NCBI GenBank assembly: GCA_012295275.1
Contig: CM022673.1
Span: 27,838,001 to 27,902,000 of the forward strand
Length of the DNA stretch: 64,000 nt
Reading direction: 5' to 3'
Origin: Chrysomallon squamiferum
Taxonomy: Eukaryota > Animalia > Mollusca
Shown: positions 39,033 through 53,915 of the stretch, piece by piece
How the letters are laid out: every line of letters starts with the position of its first letter
Position numbering within the stretch: position 1 is the stretch's first letter
The notes under the pieces: generated by a model
What the model saw: only the letters and a program-made list of their open reading frames with translations
Databases searched by the model: none
Told to the model about the DNA's origin: nothing
Program-made: the position numbers and the translations under genes

Positions 39033-42000
39033 CATATGTATGCATATGTATGTATGTATAAAGATATATATATATATATATACACACACATATACTTATA
39101 ACTGAGCAATATACAGCTTTTTTATAAGATTGTAAGCACACACAAACTACCAAGATATATCTAAACATATTTTTTATTTATTTCACTGGTATTTGATTGC
39201 ACAGTGATTATAAACTTACTTTAATTTTATTCTTTATGTGCATGATGATGGCTGATTACTCCAATACGACACCAAAACCAATCATTATGAAAATAAGTTA
39301 TTTTTCGTAAACATCATCATTCTTTTCATGTAGATATATATATATAAAGATATCTATGATGAGAACAAGAACACAGTGATAATTTTTCTGTTAGTAAACT
39401 CACCGCTGTCTGAAGGATCATGGCCCCAGTACTGTGGTGTTATTGGAGGGGTGGGAACAGCCAGAGTTTGCAGAGGTGGGTGGGGGTAACCAGGTATGGG
39501 AGGCACAGGACGACTAGGTGTCACGCCCAATTTCTGCTGTATCTGTTTATTTACAATGAACAAAAAAAAATTAAAATAAAAATTAAAAAAATATATATTT
39601 AAAAATTATGAAAATGTTCAGACCTGTTAATATATTAAGTTTTGGAATGTTTAAAATATGACATGCTAAGTAAATTTAAAGGTAATTAGCTTTCTGAATT
39701 TACAGCAGCTGAACTAGCAATACATTTTCCACTATCCTGCACTGTTAGCAGTAACATAAAAATAAAGCAAAAACAAGATCAGTTTGAAAATTTACAAATA
39801 CTGTTCAAAACTGTTTCTAAGCTAAATTCAGAATTTGTTCTGTATATTTTACTTTTTGCAGTTTTCAGTCGGACTTTTGAAGCAGAAGATTTGTTTTATA
39901 ATCACAAATTACAATAAACCATCAGCTTATTGTCAAAATATTTTACATTTGTCATCCTCAGTAATCATATTTATCATGATGCAAAATAACGGCATTTTAT
40001 TCTTTATGGTACTAACATGGTACTAATATCAAATAAATAAAATAAAAAAATAATGTCTAGTAAACTTCATTTTGACCAGTAGATATTTTTAACATATTTA
40101 TCACAATGCACAGTAATTTCATGTAAATAAAAAGATAAATGTCAAGTAAACTTCATTTTGACTACTATAATGCACAGTAATGGCAGGATACTAACATCAA
40201 GTAAATAAAAGGATAAATGACAAATACAGTTGAGATATTTTTAATCTACTTACTCTGGCTACTGTTGGTCGAGGTGGTTCAACATTATTGGTGATATTTT
40301 TCAGAGTTCTGTTTGGCTGTTGTACTTCTTGTTGCTGTTGCTGCTGCTGTTGCTGCTGGTGCTGGACATGAGGTGCGGCCATCCTTGGCGATCCTTGTGA
40401 ATGACCGTGAGGAAACACCATGGCTGGGGGAGTAAGTCGGGGGTCGGGGCTGTCAACAACCTTTCCACTTGCCTGCAGTCGGTTACTGACCATTCTGGCC
40501 AGGGCTTCTTTTGCACTGGAACTGGGCGTCCCAGGACGGCTGCCATTTCGAGGAGAATCATCTGATGACGACTTGCGCCGAAGTCCAGTAACAATCTGCT
40601 GAGCCATCTGCTGTCCAGGGCCAGGACTGATAGCCAGTGACCTCTGCAGCTGCTGTTGCACTTCTGCTTCAGGCTCTGTTTGTGGCTGAGGTTGTGGTGG
40701 TTGTTGTTGCTGCTGCTGTGGTAGTGGTTGCGGTTCTGGTGTTGGAGGAGGTGGGGGTGTGGCTGGTTTGTATGTAACCAGACTCGGGTGATAGATTTTC
40801 TCATCCTGCAGTGCGTTCTTGGAAACACTGTCTGTGATCCAGTCTGGACAGATTATTTTTATGTTTTCGTGATTTTTCGCTGCTTCGTATTTTGCCTGTA
40901 AATATTAAAACAAAACTAGAAAATGCTTTCAATTTTTGTTGGAGGTATTGTCAGTACAGCCTTTCTTTTCTTTTTATTTTTTTTAAAGTTCATTTAAATG
41001 AATTTGTAAATGGAGAATAAATTATATTCTATATGATGTCTGTTTGTTTTCATTTATTGTTGAACATTAAAAATCTAAGGAAATTACTTTATTTATTTTT
41101 TTATTTATTTCATTGCTATTTTTCTTTCACATTTAATAATAATGTAAAATATCTGATACACAAAGCAAAGACAGAAATGAAATGTTTCAAATTTTTAAAT
41201 CCAGCAGTTTCAAGCGTACAGTAATAGATGATTTTTTTGAGTTTATATTTATACAAATAATTTTTATTTTTATTTTCTTAAAAACCGTATTTCAACTTGA
41301 AACAGTTACCGATGTTGTTGAAGATGTCACTAAATGTGTAACATTTTTATCAAGTCGGAGTTGACAGTGTCCACCATGATACTTCACCATCCCCCACACA
41401 ACTTTGGCATCCTCCTTATCCAGCTGCACAAAAATAAACCACAATTAAATAAAGATATTTTCTTGTAATGACAACATTATATTTCACTTTTTTATTTTAT
41501 ATCATCCATAAATGACATCAAGCACATGATATTTCTGAAATAACTTTCAGCAAAAGCCTGAAACAAATTAATTTTTTTTTATTTCATTAATTTATCACAT
41601 AGTTTATACTTATTGTCTTGCATATTATATAAAATAAAATTTAACAAAAATTTGTCTATTCATACTAATATATGTGAAATACTTACATTAGATGGACAGA
41701 CTACAATTCCTGAAAAGAGATGTCCTTCAAGGCAAAATATTTCTTTTCTGTTTATGGGTCAAGGTTTATTAGCATTCTGTTGAAATGTTTACAACTTAAA
41801 AACCAACAACTGGGAAATGTATAATAGGAAAAAAAATATTAAACTAAATGAAAACATTCTCAATACACTGATACACAGTTATTATTCATTTGAGAATTAT
41901 ATTACATAATAAAAGTGATCAAATAAAATATTGCTATAAAATATAACACCATTAACAGTGATTGCTATATTTTAAATTAGTAAAAAAAGGTAACATCAAA

Positions 42001-43384
42001 TAAAAAGAAGTAAAAAAAATATTTTTACACACACACACTCATGCACAAGCACAGAGAGAGATGTGTGTATCCTTCTTTTCAGCATTATCAAAATATCAAA
42101 AAGTGATAAAACAAAACGACATCAGCTTCATTATACCTTCACACGCTTGCTATTCATAACACATTAACATTAAAAATAAAGCAGTAATATGATAGCAAAT
42201 GAAATAAATGAGACAATGGCTGGTTTTACAGATATATATATTTATAGTATACTGTTATAAATTATGTAGAACAGTCAAGGATACGCCAGTAGTTTTCCAC
42301 ACTGCACTGAAAGAGATACCCATTCACTCTGAAACAAAGAAAACATAAAACTTTAGTATATAATGTCAAAAGCCTGTTTTAGTACCTATGTTATAACTAT
42401 CTCTCCTCATACTACCGGTTCTGTCTATTTGAGGCTTGAAAATAAATATAAATTCAATAAAACTAATAAAACTGTTTCAATTTATTAGACTTCACTTTCT
42501 GCAATTTTATATACTGCTTTGTGGATGTGCTGATTTTAAGTCATTTCATATTGTTTCATAAACTGCAAATGTTATCTAAAACGCAAACTTTAGGATGCAT
42601 ACTTATTCAGTTGTCCACATTTGTTTGCAACACTTGATTAATCATTCAGAATACTTTATAATGTACTTCTTGTAGAAAATTTGTATATTTCAATAGGTCT
42701 ACTACATATGTACTACACTTACTCGAACAACTGGAAGTTCAAACAACTCTTTGGCTTCTGAATATTCATCATGCTCTGTTGTGTCTGAAATAACATGACT
42801 GACCATTTCACTCAGATAGGTATCCCTCTTAGCACCTCCTGCATTGAGCAGCTGCATTATCTACATTGACAAAACAAACAATTAATTGTACTAATATTAT
42901 GTTGTTGCTATTGTGTTTGTTTATTATTAGTAGTATTATTATTCTGTACATATATAGACTGCTTTTACAGGAGCCGTTTCTTAAGTTGTGTACGATAAAA
43001 ACATTTTAATTTACTGAACTATTATGAATTTCTCAAAAGTCAGTTTCAAGATTAACTTAAGGGAAAGAAATTAAGGAGGACGACAAAAGAGTTCATTTAT
43101 TTTATTCTCATGTTCATATTCTAATTTTGGATCTTGTTTAATTGTCATTTATTTCAGTTGTGTAAAATCCAGACGTGCCAGGTTATGTTAATTTATAAAC
43201 TAGGAAAACGAAAATAATTTTAAGATAGAGAAATAAACAGAGTTACTGCCCCTCTTCTGAAAGTAGACAAAGTAATATTAAAACCTACTCTGTCTGGAAT
43301 ATCTCCAACAATGTAATAAATAACATTTTTGAAGAAATCTTTTGGCACATTATTCACCAAATCGTTTTCACTTTCATCACCCAT
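32875..43384 (-). CDS. PAXIP1: PAX-interacting protein 1 / PTIP (multi-BRCT protein with Q/P-rich linker), ~890 aa, 20 exons
   Basis: Exons 43384-43289, 42860-42723, 42328-42285, 41747-41687, 41423-41310, 40895-40254, 39542-39404, 38876-38785, 38207-38112, 37734-37600, 37291-37170, 36965-36781, 36507-36464, 36149-36040, 35532-35448, 35094-34926, 34798-34698, 34256-34122, 33468-33393, 32963-32875 (2673 nt, phases consistent). N-terminus [17 protein letters not shown]; motifs [34 protein letters not shown]. Confidence 0.95.
41748..42284 (-). other. U12-type (minor spliceosome) GT-AG intron, PAXIP1 intron 3
   Basis: 5' splice site GTATCCTT at 42284-42277. Branch-point CCTTGAC (41764-41758) lies ~10 nt from the AG with no polypyrimidine tract. 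This splice restores the frame (LLA|[13 protein letters not shown]). Confidence 0.88.
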
Positions 43385-44182
43385 AATAAATTAAATTGCT
43401 TTTATCACAAATATTTTAGCTTGATAAATGTGTTAACATTTCCCGCTGAAATTGACACTTTCCACAATATTTTACCTAAGTCGTAAACCGAGGTATACAT
43501 AAATAGTTACAGACTCAACTAGTATCAGCAATTCTGATTCTGTTATAAAGAAAATAACATATACGTATGGTTAAATTAAGATAAATATTATACGACTTCA
43601 GTTTTTTATATTTAATCAAAGTCGTTAATTTACTAATAGGTCAGATTAAACAAGTTCAAAACTGCAAAGGAAATACTATACCATTGTTAAAGTTTTACAA
43701 TTAAAATATTTTAAATAAACGTAAAAAAAAAACAAAAAAAGAAGAAGAAGAGAAGTAAAAAGAGCTGAACCTTCACGAATTTTCAGATACGAATACATTC
43801 TTCTAAAAAGTATTGGTTTGTTTATTTATGAAGAGCCTTGTTATTATTTGCTTTTAAGTTTTTTAAGCTTTTGTTTTAATACTGGTACTCCACCTTTTGC
43901 ATTTCCTAGTTCAAGATATTAAAATTACATAAATGACACTTAAAAGACATGATTTATGAGATTACACAGCTATATATTCAATATAGGAATTAATCGTGAT
44001 TTCACTGGCGGATTATTTTCGCGGTCTCTTCTGGTTATTTCTAAACCCCATCTTTAATGTTACCGTAAATCGTTTTAGGTTGCGGCCATATTTGTTTTTG
44101 TTTGATCATGCTTCAAATGTGACTTCGTCTAGTTGTTAACCAAACACTTTGTATGCTCCACTAAAACCAGCAACGTTTGGGT
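43385..44182. promoter_or_regulatory. Putative shared divergent promoter of PAXIP1 and DCAF7, with a probable non-coding first DCAF7 exon
   Basis: Head-to-head genes. CpG-richer patch at 43995-44180 with a YY1-like GCGGCCAT (44082). Strong donor GTAAGT at 44183 and acceptor ttttatcag at 44880, just upstream of the DCAF7 ATG. Confidence 0.55.
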
Positions 44183-44839
44183 GTAAGTTAATTTTTAATA
44201 TCACAAAGTAAAAACAAAAATTGTTAAACATTTTATCTGTTTTATTCTGCGATCATTTCTGTAGTCTGCATCTATAGATTCTATATCAAAATACACAAAA
44301 GTCGCTACTGTCATCCATCCACTCAATCACTGACAATGACACTTGTTACGTTAGCTTTAGAAGTAGCGTTATAGTGTTGATTAAATCATAAACAGTTATA
44401 AGCATAAGATTTCTAGATGGAAAATCGTCGTATAATGTTTTCGAGATGAAGAACTATTTTATTTAATAAATTTATAATTACATCTTAAGTAAAATAATTC
44501 AAAATTGGTTACACCTTCTACAATTTATTGTTATATTTATCCTTTTTATAGCATCACTATATGTTACATTTATATTTCTGTTAGTATTTATTTTACATCA
44601 ACGTTTGTTTGTAAACTGTAGAATGTGATAGTAAGTATACTTTGATCTAAAATTGAAAGAAGCAAATTTAGGAACAACAATAAAATTAAATGAAACAAAA
44701 AATCATTTGGCTTTAAATAAAATGACTAAAGAATAAATAAATTTGTTTTTGTTGTTATGATCATTGTTTATATATATATAGACAAACACACACACACACA
44801 CACACACATGTATACATACATAATACTTACACATTCATA

Positions 44840-44873
<34 letters not shown>

Positions 44874-44898
44874 TTATCAGATATAAAGAACAAACAAA

Positions 44899-45091
44899 AT
44901 GTGTTCAATATCATCGGGTCCAGGACCCGCTAAGAGAAAAGAGATTTACAAATACGATGCACCATGGACAGTCTACAGTATGAACTGGAGTGTTCGACCT
45001 GACAAAAGATTCAGATTGGCACTTGGCAGCTTTGTTGAAGAATATAACAATAAGGTGTGTGTTATATGTATATATATATATATGTATCTGT

Positions 45092-45126
<35 letters not shown>

Positions 45127-48100
45127 GGAGAGAGAGATTATGCAACTCTTCTTTGATTAGATTGTTGTTCTTTTTTCATCTTTCTTCCATGTTGTTAAAC
45201 ATTTATTCATTCATGATTTATATTTGTGTGTGTATGGAAATATTGATGGATATACTGATAGATATATAAAGATTTGAAATGATTATATTTTGTTGAAAAT
45301 GGTTTATTCTGTTCTACCTACAGGTTCAAATTGTGGCACTGGATGAGGAAACCTCAGATTTTGGTGCTAAAAGTACATTTGACCATCCTTACCCCACCAC
45401 AAAGATTATGTGGATTCCTGACACAGTATGAAAATGTCATTGCTCTCTTGCCCCCCAAAAAAACAAAATTGTGTGATTCTCAGCTATCAAAAGAATAAAA
45501 CTTTTTTTTTTTTTCAATTTTAATTTAATTAAATTTCTTTTTATTTTAGGTTTTTTAGATTTAAATTAAATAATATTTGATTGAAATTGTGAAATAAATT
45601 TTTTTACTGAATCTTATATATTATCATTTGAAATTTAAAAACAAATTATTTATATTTATTGTCATTGGACAATTGGTAATTATTTTTTAAAAAATTTGAG
45701 AATTCTGGACTTTTATTATTCATTTGTTTTTAAATTTATTTATTCATTTGTTTTTAAATTTATTTATTCATTCATCGTTTATTTTTTATTTGATAAATCA
45801 GAGTAGTAATTTCTGTTTGTTTACAGAAAGGAGTATTTCCAGATTTACTGGCGACAAGTGGAGATTATTTACGAGTGTGGCGAGTTGGAGATGCAGAGAC
45901 TCGACTAGAATGTCTGCTTAACAATGTAAGTGACTTACAACCCGTAACACTTTAATATTCCTTTTAGAAATTTACAGAATTCGTAGCATTTATTTCATAC
46001 CCTGTTTTCAATTTCATTTCACAGAATAAAAACAGTGACTTTTGTGCACCCCTGACATCTTTTGACTGGAACGAGGTAGATCCCAACTTGCTTGGAACAT
46101 CAAGTATTGATACAACCTGCACAATATGGGGCCTTGAGGTAATAAATGTCTTTTATGGATCTTTTAAACAGAACTGGAATGTCTGATTTATTTTTATTTA
46201 TTTTTTTTAAACACATTTTTTTTATGAGTTTAGTTTGTAATAATTGAATATAATGTTTTCTGTTGCAACGGTGGAATAGGATACAAAAGTTAGGAGTTTG
46301 CTTTTCAAAATCAGTTTTGTTTAGTTTTGTGTTTTTATAATTTTTATTTTTATTTTATTGTTCCCTTCTTTTACAGTAGTTAGATTTTAGAAACACAATA
46401 ATAATAAGCTATAAAAAGTAAACATAATAAAGCCTGGAAAAGAAAAAAGTGATATATATATATATATACATACATACATACACACACACACACATACACA
46501 CATTTTTGGAGAAAATGGTTAAATGAATAAAAATCTGCTAAGATTGTAGAAAACAGATTCAGTTTAATCTATGACAGAGACTGTTATCCTTTCTTAGTTT
46601 TGTGAATTTTTGACAGGACAGTCTCTGCATGTTATTGTTCTATTTTGTTTAGACTGGCCAGGTTCTGGGCAGAGTGAACATGGTGTCAGGTCATGTAAAG
46701 ACACAGCTGATAGCTCACGACAAAGAAGTGTATGACATTGCTTTCAGCCGAGCCGGAGGGGGCAGGGATATGTTTGCTAGTGTTGGTGCGGATGTTTACT
46801 GTATCCGTTGTCACATTTTTGTTTCCTTAGTAATTTGAAAATTTGTGGGATTTGATTCAGAACAGTTGCAGGGATTTGTGGTTATTAAATATTTGGCAAC
46901 TGCAGTTTGACATGTGAATTTTGTTAACAGTAATATCTGAATTTATTTAAAAAAAATTAAAAAAAATGTTCCTGTGTTGATTTTGTAAATGATATTTCAT
47001 TGTTATAGTGATTATATTCCAAGGGTAATTTATAACTTAAAATGTGTGAGTAATTAAAAATCTAGTCCATTATGACTTGACTACTTTAACATATGAACAT
47101 GATTATTTTTAATATTTATGTGTGTGTGTGTGGGTGTGGGTGTGTATATATATGATAAAAATAAGCTGAATAGCCATTATGTTTTGTCTGTTTTGTATAT
47201 TCAAGGTGCTGATGGTTCAGTCAGAATGTTTGATCTACGTCACTTGGAACATTCGACAATAATCTACGAAGATCCTCAGCATGTTCCACTGTTGAGACTC
47301 GCCTGGAACAAACAGGATCCAAATTATCTGACAACCATGGCAATGGATGCCTTAGAGGTTTGTGTCAATAGTCAGACATTTTATGGAATCTTTTTAATTT
47401 AAAATAACTGTTTATTCAGCTACTTTTCAGTTGACAAAACCATACAACATTTTGGTTTACACATTATCCGGCATATTAAAAGAACTGGTTGTGAGTGTTC
47501 AGTTATTAACATGTTTCTATGTGTTGGCTAATATTATACAACTTTTAATATTTACATGTAAAAAATATCAGGAAATACATAAAGAGGTAAATACCATTTG
47601 CAATCTTTTTCTAACACTATTTATACCTTCTTGGCCTCTCTCTTTGTCTCTGTACTTTATCTTTGTACTAGATAACAAAACAGTAAGTAGAATTTCTGAA
47701 AATTTGTTCCTGTTTAATTTTGAATATTTTTGTTCCAGGTCATTATTTTAGATGTCAGAGTCCCATGCACTCCTGTAGCCAGGCTGAACAATCACAGAGC
47801 TTGTGTTAATGGAATTGCGTGGGCACCACATTCCAGCTGTCACATTTGTACAGCAGGTAGGTTTAAAACTTCTTAGATAATACAGCATAGTAAAACTTTA
47901 CATATACCTGTAAGAGTAATTACATTTGCATTTGAGCAGGGAGACAAAATTCATTCTCTGAACGTTTGTTGAGGACATTTAGATGTTAAACGTGACTGTT
48001 TTTGATATATATAAATATATTCTTACACACACATATAAACACACAGTAAATGCATGTATCAAAATGTGTTTGTTGGGTATTATTTTTGTATTTTTTAAAT

Positions 48101-48327
48101 TTGATCCTGTTGTTACATTGGTTGAAGTGTACAACGTAACTCTCTGTTTCTCAGCTGATGATCACCAGGCTCTGATCTGGGACATCCAGCAGATGCCACG
48201 TGCCATCGAGGACCCCATTCTCGCCTACACCTCATCAGGAGAGATCAATCAGATCCAGTGGTCGTCCACGCAGCCCGACTGGATAGCGATATGCTACAAC
48301 AACAGCCTGGAGATTCTCCGGGTGTGA
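44899..48327 (+). CDS. DCAF7: DDB1- and CUL4-associated factor 7 (WDR68/HAN11 WD40 protein), ~348 aa
   Basis: Exons 44899-45054, 45324-45425, 45827-45925, 46025-46138, 46653-46785, 47206-47357, 47739-47856, 48155-48327 (1047 nt). [42 protein letters not shown]...[23 protein letters not shown]...[15 protein letters not shown]. Confidence 0.97.
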
Positions 48328-50277
48328 ACTCTCTAGTGTCGTAGCAGACCTGACCCTGCGAAAATATTTTTACGAATATCATCAAATGTGGTGCTGGAGG
48401 ATTTAGACATCTGCAGTGAAAGTATCATCATTGCCAACCAGTTTAAAACGAATAAGTCTTACTGTGTGCATTATTGGCAGTTGAAAAACAAAGCCTACTT
48501 TTACTGACTTGGTCGTTCACAAGTTGGTAATTTGATACCATTTCTTTGCCTGGGTAATCAATTGATAGAAATAATGTTTTACTGTTGATAGACTGGTTAG
48601 TTTTACCTCCATAGTGTCCTTTACAGTGAGTTGCAGTGTTTCAGAGTGTTTGAATTCAGCGATAAAGACACTTGTTTGTGAAAACATCAAAGAAAATGTT
48701 TAACTGCGTAACTTGAACATCCTTTCATACCAGTTTTATAATAGATCTGAGACATGTACTAAAATGTAAATATAAAAACTATAAACTGTGTATCCAGGTA
48801 TTTTTAAAGGTTTAAGTTTTTGAGGAATTCTCAGTAGTAAGAATTTTTGTATGTGAAAACAAATTGGCAGTTAAGTGTTTGGTGTCTTCTAAGAAAATGA
48901 CCTTTTATATATTTTGAAGAACTCAAAAGTTAAAGAATATTTACAAGAAAACCTCCTGCCATACATTTCTGAATGAACAAGGAATATCTTCATCTTAAAA
49001 TTAGTTTTCAAATTCATCTTGAATTGACACCAAAATAAGTTCAATATTTCAGCTTTTCTTTTTTTTTCATGTTAGTAACATCCTTTCATTTCATTTTCAT
49101 GATTAATGAAAAGTTTCAGTTAGTTTTATTTTCTTTAGCTCCAGAATAGATGGAAATATTTGATTATAACAATATACATTTTACCATTAAATATCTTTTA
49201 TCTTTATACAAAAATTACTAATGTCTGTCAATTTGGAAGTTGTATTTTGTTTTTAAAATATGGTGTTTATCTGGATTATGTAATACACAAATTCACCAAA
49301 AATTCAGTATATGGAAAAATATTTTGATCACCAGATTTTAATCTTTGTTCCATGCTTAGTTTGGATTTTTCTCTTTTTTATTTATTATTCTTAAATTATT
49401 ATTTTATCTCATTTGATTATCAGTTTGTAAATTTATTCTTTATCACATTATAGAAAGTTTAGTTCTTGGGGTTTTTCTTGTTTTTTCAACAATTCATTAT
49501 ATTTGGGTAATCATTTTCTTAATAGTCTTGTAAAAATATTGCCAAATTAGATATATCCTCCTTTTAGTGATTTGTGCATTTTTGCTGAAATTAGTTGTAG
49601 TAACATGAATAATAATATCACTAGTTTATTTTTTTATTTTACTTCTTTTTTATTTTCTTATTTTTTTTAACTTTATTATATGTATCGAATATTTGGAACA
49701 AAAGGTATAGCTCAGTACTGGTATGTAATTTTCAGTGTACATTCTAAATGACAAGTATGATTATTTCAGGATGCTATATGTGCATGAAACACGTTTAAAT
49801 ATATTGTATTAAATTTTTACTATATTTGGTTATCCAAAGACAAAATTAGGAAAAATTAGGGGTTTTGGAGTTTTCTTTTGGCAAATTGTGAAAATGTTCA
49901 AAACAGTAATTGACAACTACCTGTTTACTTATGTCGTCTGTTATACATAATTTCAATACAAAACATACTTCAAAAGTTATTTTCTTTTTACTAACATGTC
50001 TTAGTGAAAAAGTTTGGATTATCATGTAAGCATGAGTTGTTGTTTTTTTTAAATAAAATTTTTATATGGTTTCCACAGGTCCTTAAAACCCATAAAAGTC
50101 CAACATTTAAAATTGTCAAATTAAATATACTTAAATTTCAAGGTGATGTTCGAGTCATTTTCCTTGCACCAGTATTTCGCACCCTAGTGGTTTACTAGTA
50201 TCAGTACAAGACCACACAACCATGATTATCACCAACTTACATCCAGCACTATGGTGTGTGTGTGTATATATATATAT

Positions 50278-50625
50278 CAGTGGTCTCCCTAGCATTTATG
50301 AAAGGGATGTCGAAAATCGGCACAACTGGTGCAAGTTAAACAAAGGGATGGTACAGAGACTTTTCAGGTTACAAGAACTTTGAACAATGTTCAAATTACT
50401 TGATTGTCAAAAATACTCCTATAATAATTGCATCAGATGCATTAACTATTAACAAGTTTATTTTACTAGCAATTAAACAAAATCAAAGTGTCTGTTTAAT
50501 TTATTATACAAAACGAAGTTCAGCAAATTAATGGCTGGTGGATATTGCTGATGAATGGTGGGCAAACTCATAGTAAGCTGCAAGTAATCGTGAGCCTGCC
50601 ATCTCTTACAGTATGCAGCGAGACC

Positions 50626-50629
<4 letters not shown>
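50278..50629. mobile_element. ~350 bp MITE with hAT-like terminal inverted repeats, in a (TA)n tract between DCAF7 and MYG1
   Basis: Left end CAGTGGTCTCCCTAGCAT; reverse complement of the right end CAGAGGTCTCGCTGCAT. Both ends abut TA repeats. Confidence 0.65.
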
Positions 50630-50656
<27 letters not shown>

Positions 50657-52317
50657 CCATCATACCATTCATTATTGACCATCAGAGGTCCATAGTATCA
50701 TTTGGTACTGATCCTTAAAAGTTCTTAGAAAGTCCATAAATTTCTGATGAAGTCTTGTTTGGGAAAAGTGTTCATTTTCTGTTCAGTTTGTACTATTTTA
50801 CAATTTAAAAAAACCAACATTGTATTAATTTTTTAAAAAATGAGGAGTATGCCTGTGAAATCTGAACACTTTTGTAATACGTTTAAATTTAAAATTTTCT
50901 ACGTATGAATAGTGATCCAAGTTTTACACAGACATGGAAGCACAGTTATATTTTCAGTTTGTTAACTTCATTTCAAACATTCATTTATAAGTAATGCGTG
51001 CAGTCATGATTCCTTTGCAATATATGTGTTGTTAAAATTCATAATGTAAATAGGCAAAATGTGGAATTTATTTCGACGTCTAGCAAAATATTTGTTTTTC
51101 ATCGGATTTTATTTACAGATCATTTACAATTAAATTTATATCAAGATAAATGATTTCAAATCAGTAGCAAATACTGTCCCACTATTTTAACCACAACAAT
51201 GATTAGTTGGGTTCAAGTTACAAAAATAAATGCATCGGTTATAAATGCCATTTTGTTTTCTTTTCACAAACAGTAATTATAATATTCTTGCCTGTTGATT
51301 TAGGATGCTATCTAATAAAAGAACCATTCTGTTTTCCATTTTTAAATGGAAATCTTTCAATACCTGTATGTCATTTTCTTTGTCTGTAGAAAGAAAGAAA
51401 ATTGGAACTTTTTCCCAAGTCAGCACTTTATTGATAATCACACACTGATGGGGTTTTAACTTTTACTCTAACATTTCTATTATTAGCAGTAAGAAAGTTT
51501 TTTGCACTCCACCAAAACATCGTAATTAAATGCCAGATATCTTCACAAAACAACATCGCCGAATTTTACATAATGAAAAACTGTTCCAAAAGTTGAAGAG
51601 TTAATTATACACTCAAAGCATTACAGGTAAACCCAATGAAGAGAAAACAATATATTCATATTTCCACATTGTGTTTATTAAATGCATATCATTTTCATTA
51701 ATTATAGTCATTGTTCATGAAACATATTCACTGCATTAATTGCTTGAAAGGGATTTTGTGTTGTACTGTGAATATTTTTATACAAAATGCTTGTAATATA
51801 AAATGCATCATCATTAAATGTGTATAAAAAAAAAAAAAATGTTTTTGTTTTATTAATAAAGAATAGAAATAATTTCCAAGACTCAACAATACAACATCAC
51901 TTGGTTACACAAAGACCATGAAATACATCAAATCTTTTCATTTTTCATTAATTTATCTGCCATATTTTTGAGAGTTGCCCAAATTTTTTAAATCAATTAA
52001 TTTGAAATTTCTCCAAATTACAAAGAACATTCACCAATTTCACAATCTGAATCTGTAAATATTTCCAGACTACATAATATTAAAATATTTTTCAGTTTTT
52101 TTAATTTCTTTTTCTTGAAGACATAATTTAAAAAAAAAAATATCTTAATTGCAGTCATTATTTCAGATTTGTCAGCATACATAAATATTACTTCCAAATT
52201 ACAGTATTTTTCAAAACAATTTACATCATTTAATGTATAAATGTCGGGCACTTATATATTCGCATTTACATTTTTAGAAATTTATTTACTAAATCTTGTA
52301 AATGTCAACATTGATTA

Positions 52318-53876
52318 TCAGCTACCATTCTGAGCTTGTTGTTTTAGACATCTTCTCGCCATTTCCAAAACACCTTCGTATGTCTTGTTCCCTCCAATAA
52401 ATCCAGAGGAATGAACAAAAATACAGCCAGGAATTCCAGTCTTTTTAGAAAGTTCCTCATCCCTCAATCCACGCCATTCGTCCAGCATAGAGAGTCTGAA
52501 ACAACAAGTTGTTATTAAAAATAAACTTCACGTACAATAGTGTATATAAAATTAACAGATTAGGGGAGTACGTTTATATAATACTAGCTAATAACAGCAG
52601 ACTACATATAATTATATTTTCTTTTTAATTTTTTTAATTTTATATATATATATAAATATATATATATATGAATATATATATAAATTGTAAAAAATGAATA
52701 AAATAAGTTAAGAACAAATTACTTATTATTTGTAAATACTGTTTTTGTTAAAAGAATCTTTTAAAAGATTAATTTCTGATAGATTTAGGTTATTAATGCT
52801 ACTTTCCGACATAATTCATTCAAACAAAATAAATTACATTAAATAAATTCTTTTAGAATATCCCTTTAAATTCTGAATAGAATACATAAATTTTAAAAGC
52901 TTCCTGACTAAAAGAAAATCTGAAGAAACCGTTGAAACAGAAGTTGGAGATAATTTAAAAAAAAAACGTTCACCTGTTTTCGAATGAACCCAGTCTCACA
53001 GGAACACACTGAATGCGCCAGGCACCATTTTTGTCTGAGAAGAGGACATACTTGATTGGTGGACTGATACCTTGCTCCTCCTCGATTGCAAACAGATGAT
53101 CCTTCCACGGCACACCGCCATTGAACAGGCAGACTATTTCACCACTGGGATCGATCTGCAAAATAATGTTTAAAAAAAAAATGTAAAAGACATTTTTCTT
53201 AATGAGTACATTATTTAAATGTTGGTACATCTCAAAAAAATTGTTTTAGGATTTTTTGTATGATGATCACTATGACGTGAAACCTGCTATGGTCCCATCA
53301 CTGGTTATTATTCATAAAAGTTAGCAGCAAACAATATTTGTATGTGTGCCTTGGTATATAGAGACAGGAAAGTAAACCTTTGACATGCCAGTGTTGTTCT
53401 ACTGGTATAGTACATATTACCTAATACAGTAATAATTCTGAATGATATTTTTTAAATTCTACTTTGCAATTTAAAATCCTCTTTAATAAATGATTTGATG
53501 GTTTCTATGACATTAATTTGGAATTTTATAAGTTGTATAATTCCTCCCTGTCTGCAATGTCACTGAATTATTTTTATCTTTTTCAGTTTTTTAAGTTCAA
53601 ATAAAAATATTAAATAGATCTCACCTCTTTTCTGCTTTCAATAGCTTTTAGTACAATATCTCTTGCAGGCAGCCACGATGCTTTGTAAAATTTAACTCTA
53701 TCCTCAAATTCATCACCAACCATTTTCATTGCTTTGTGAAAACATTGCTTAAACAAAAAACAAAACAAAAATGTTAATAATGGTAATCCTTTTTTTTAAA
53801 TATTATTTTATTAAAATCCATTAACCAATACTTTAGTCCAGTTATTTATTACAATGAAAAGGAAATAAGATAAACA

Positions 53877-53915
<39 letters not shown>

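Noticed and set aside
40301-40828. 175-aa alternative-frame ORF and an antisense ORF over PAXIP1 exon 6
   Set aside because: Shadow ORFs of a GC-rich, Gln/Pro-rich exon.
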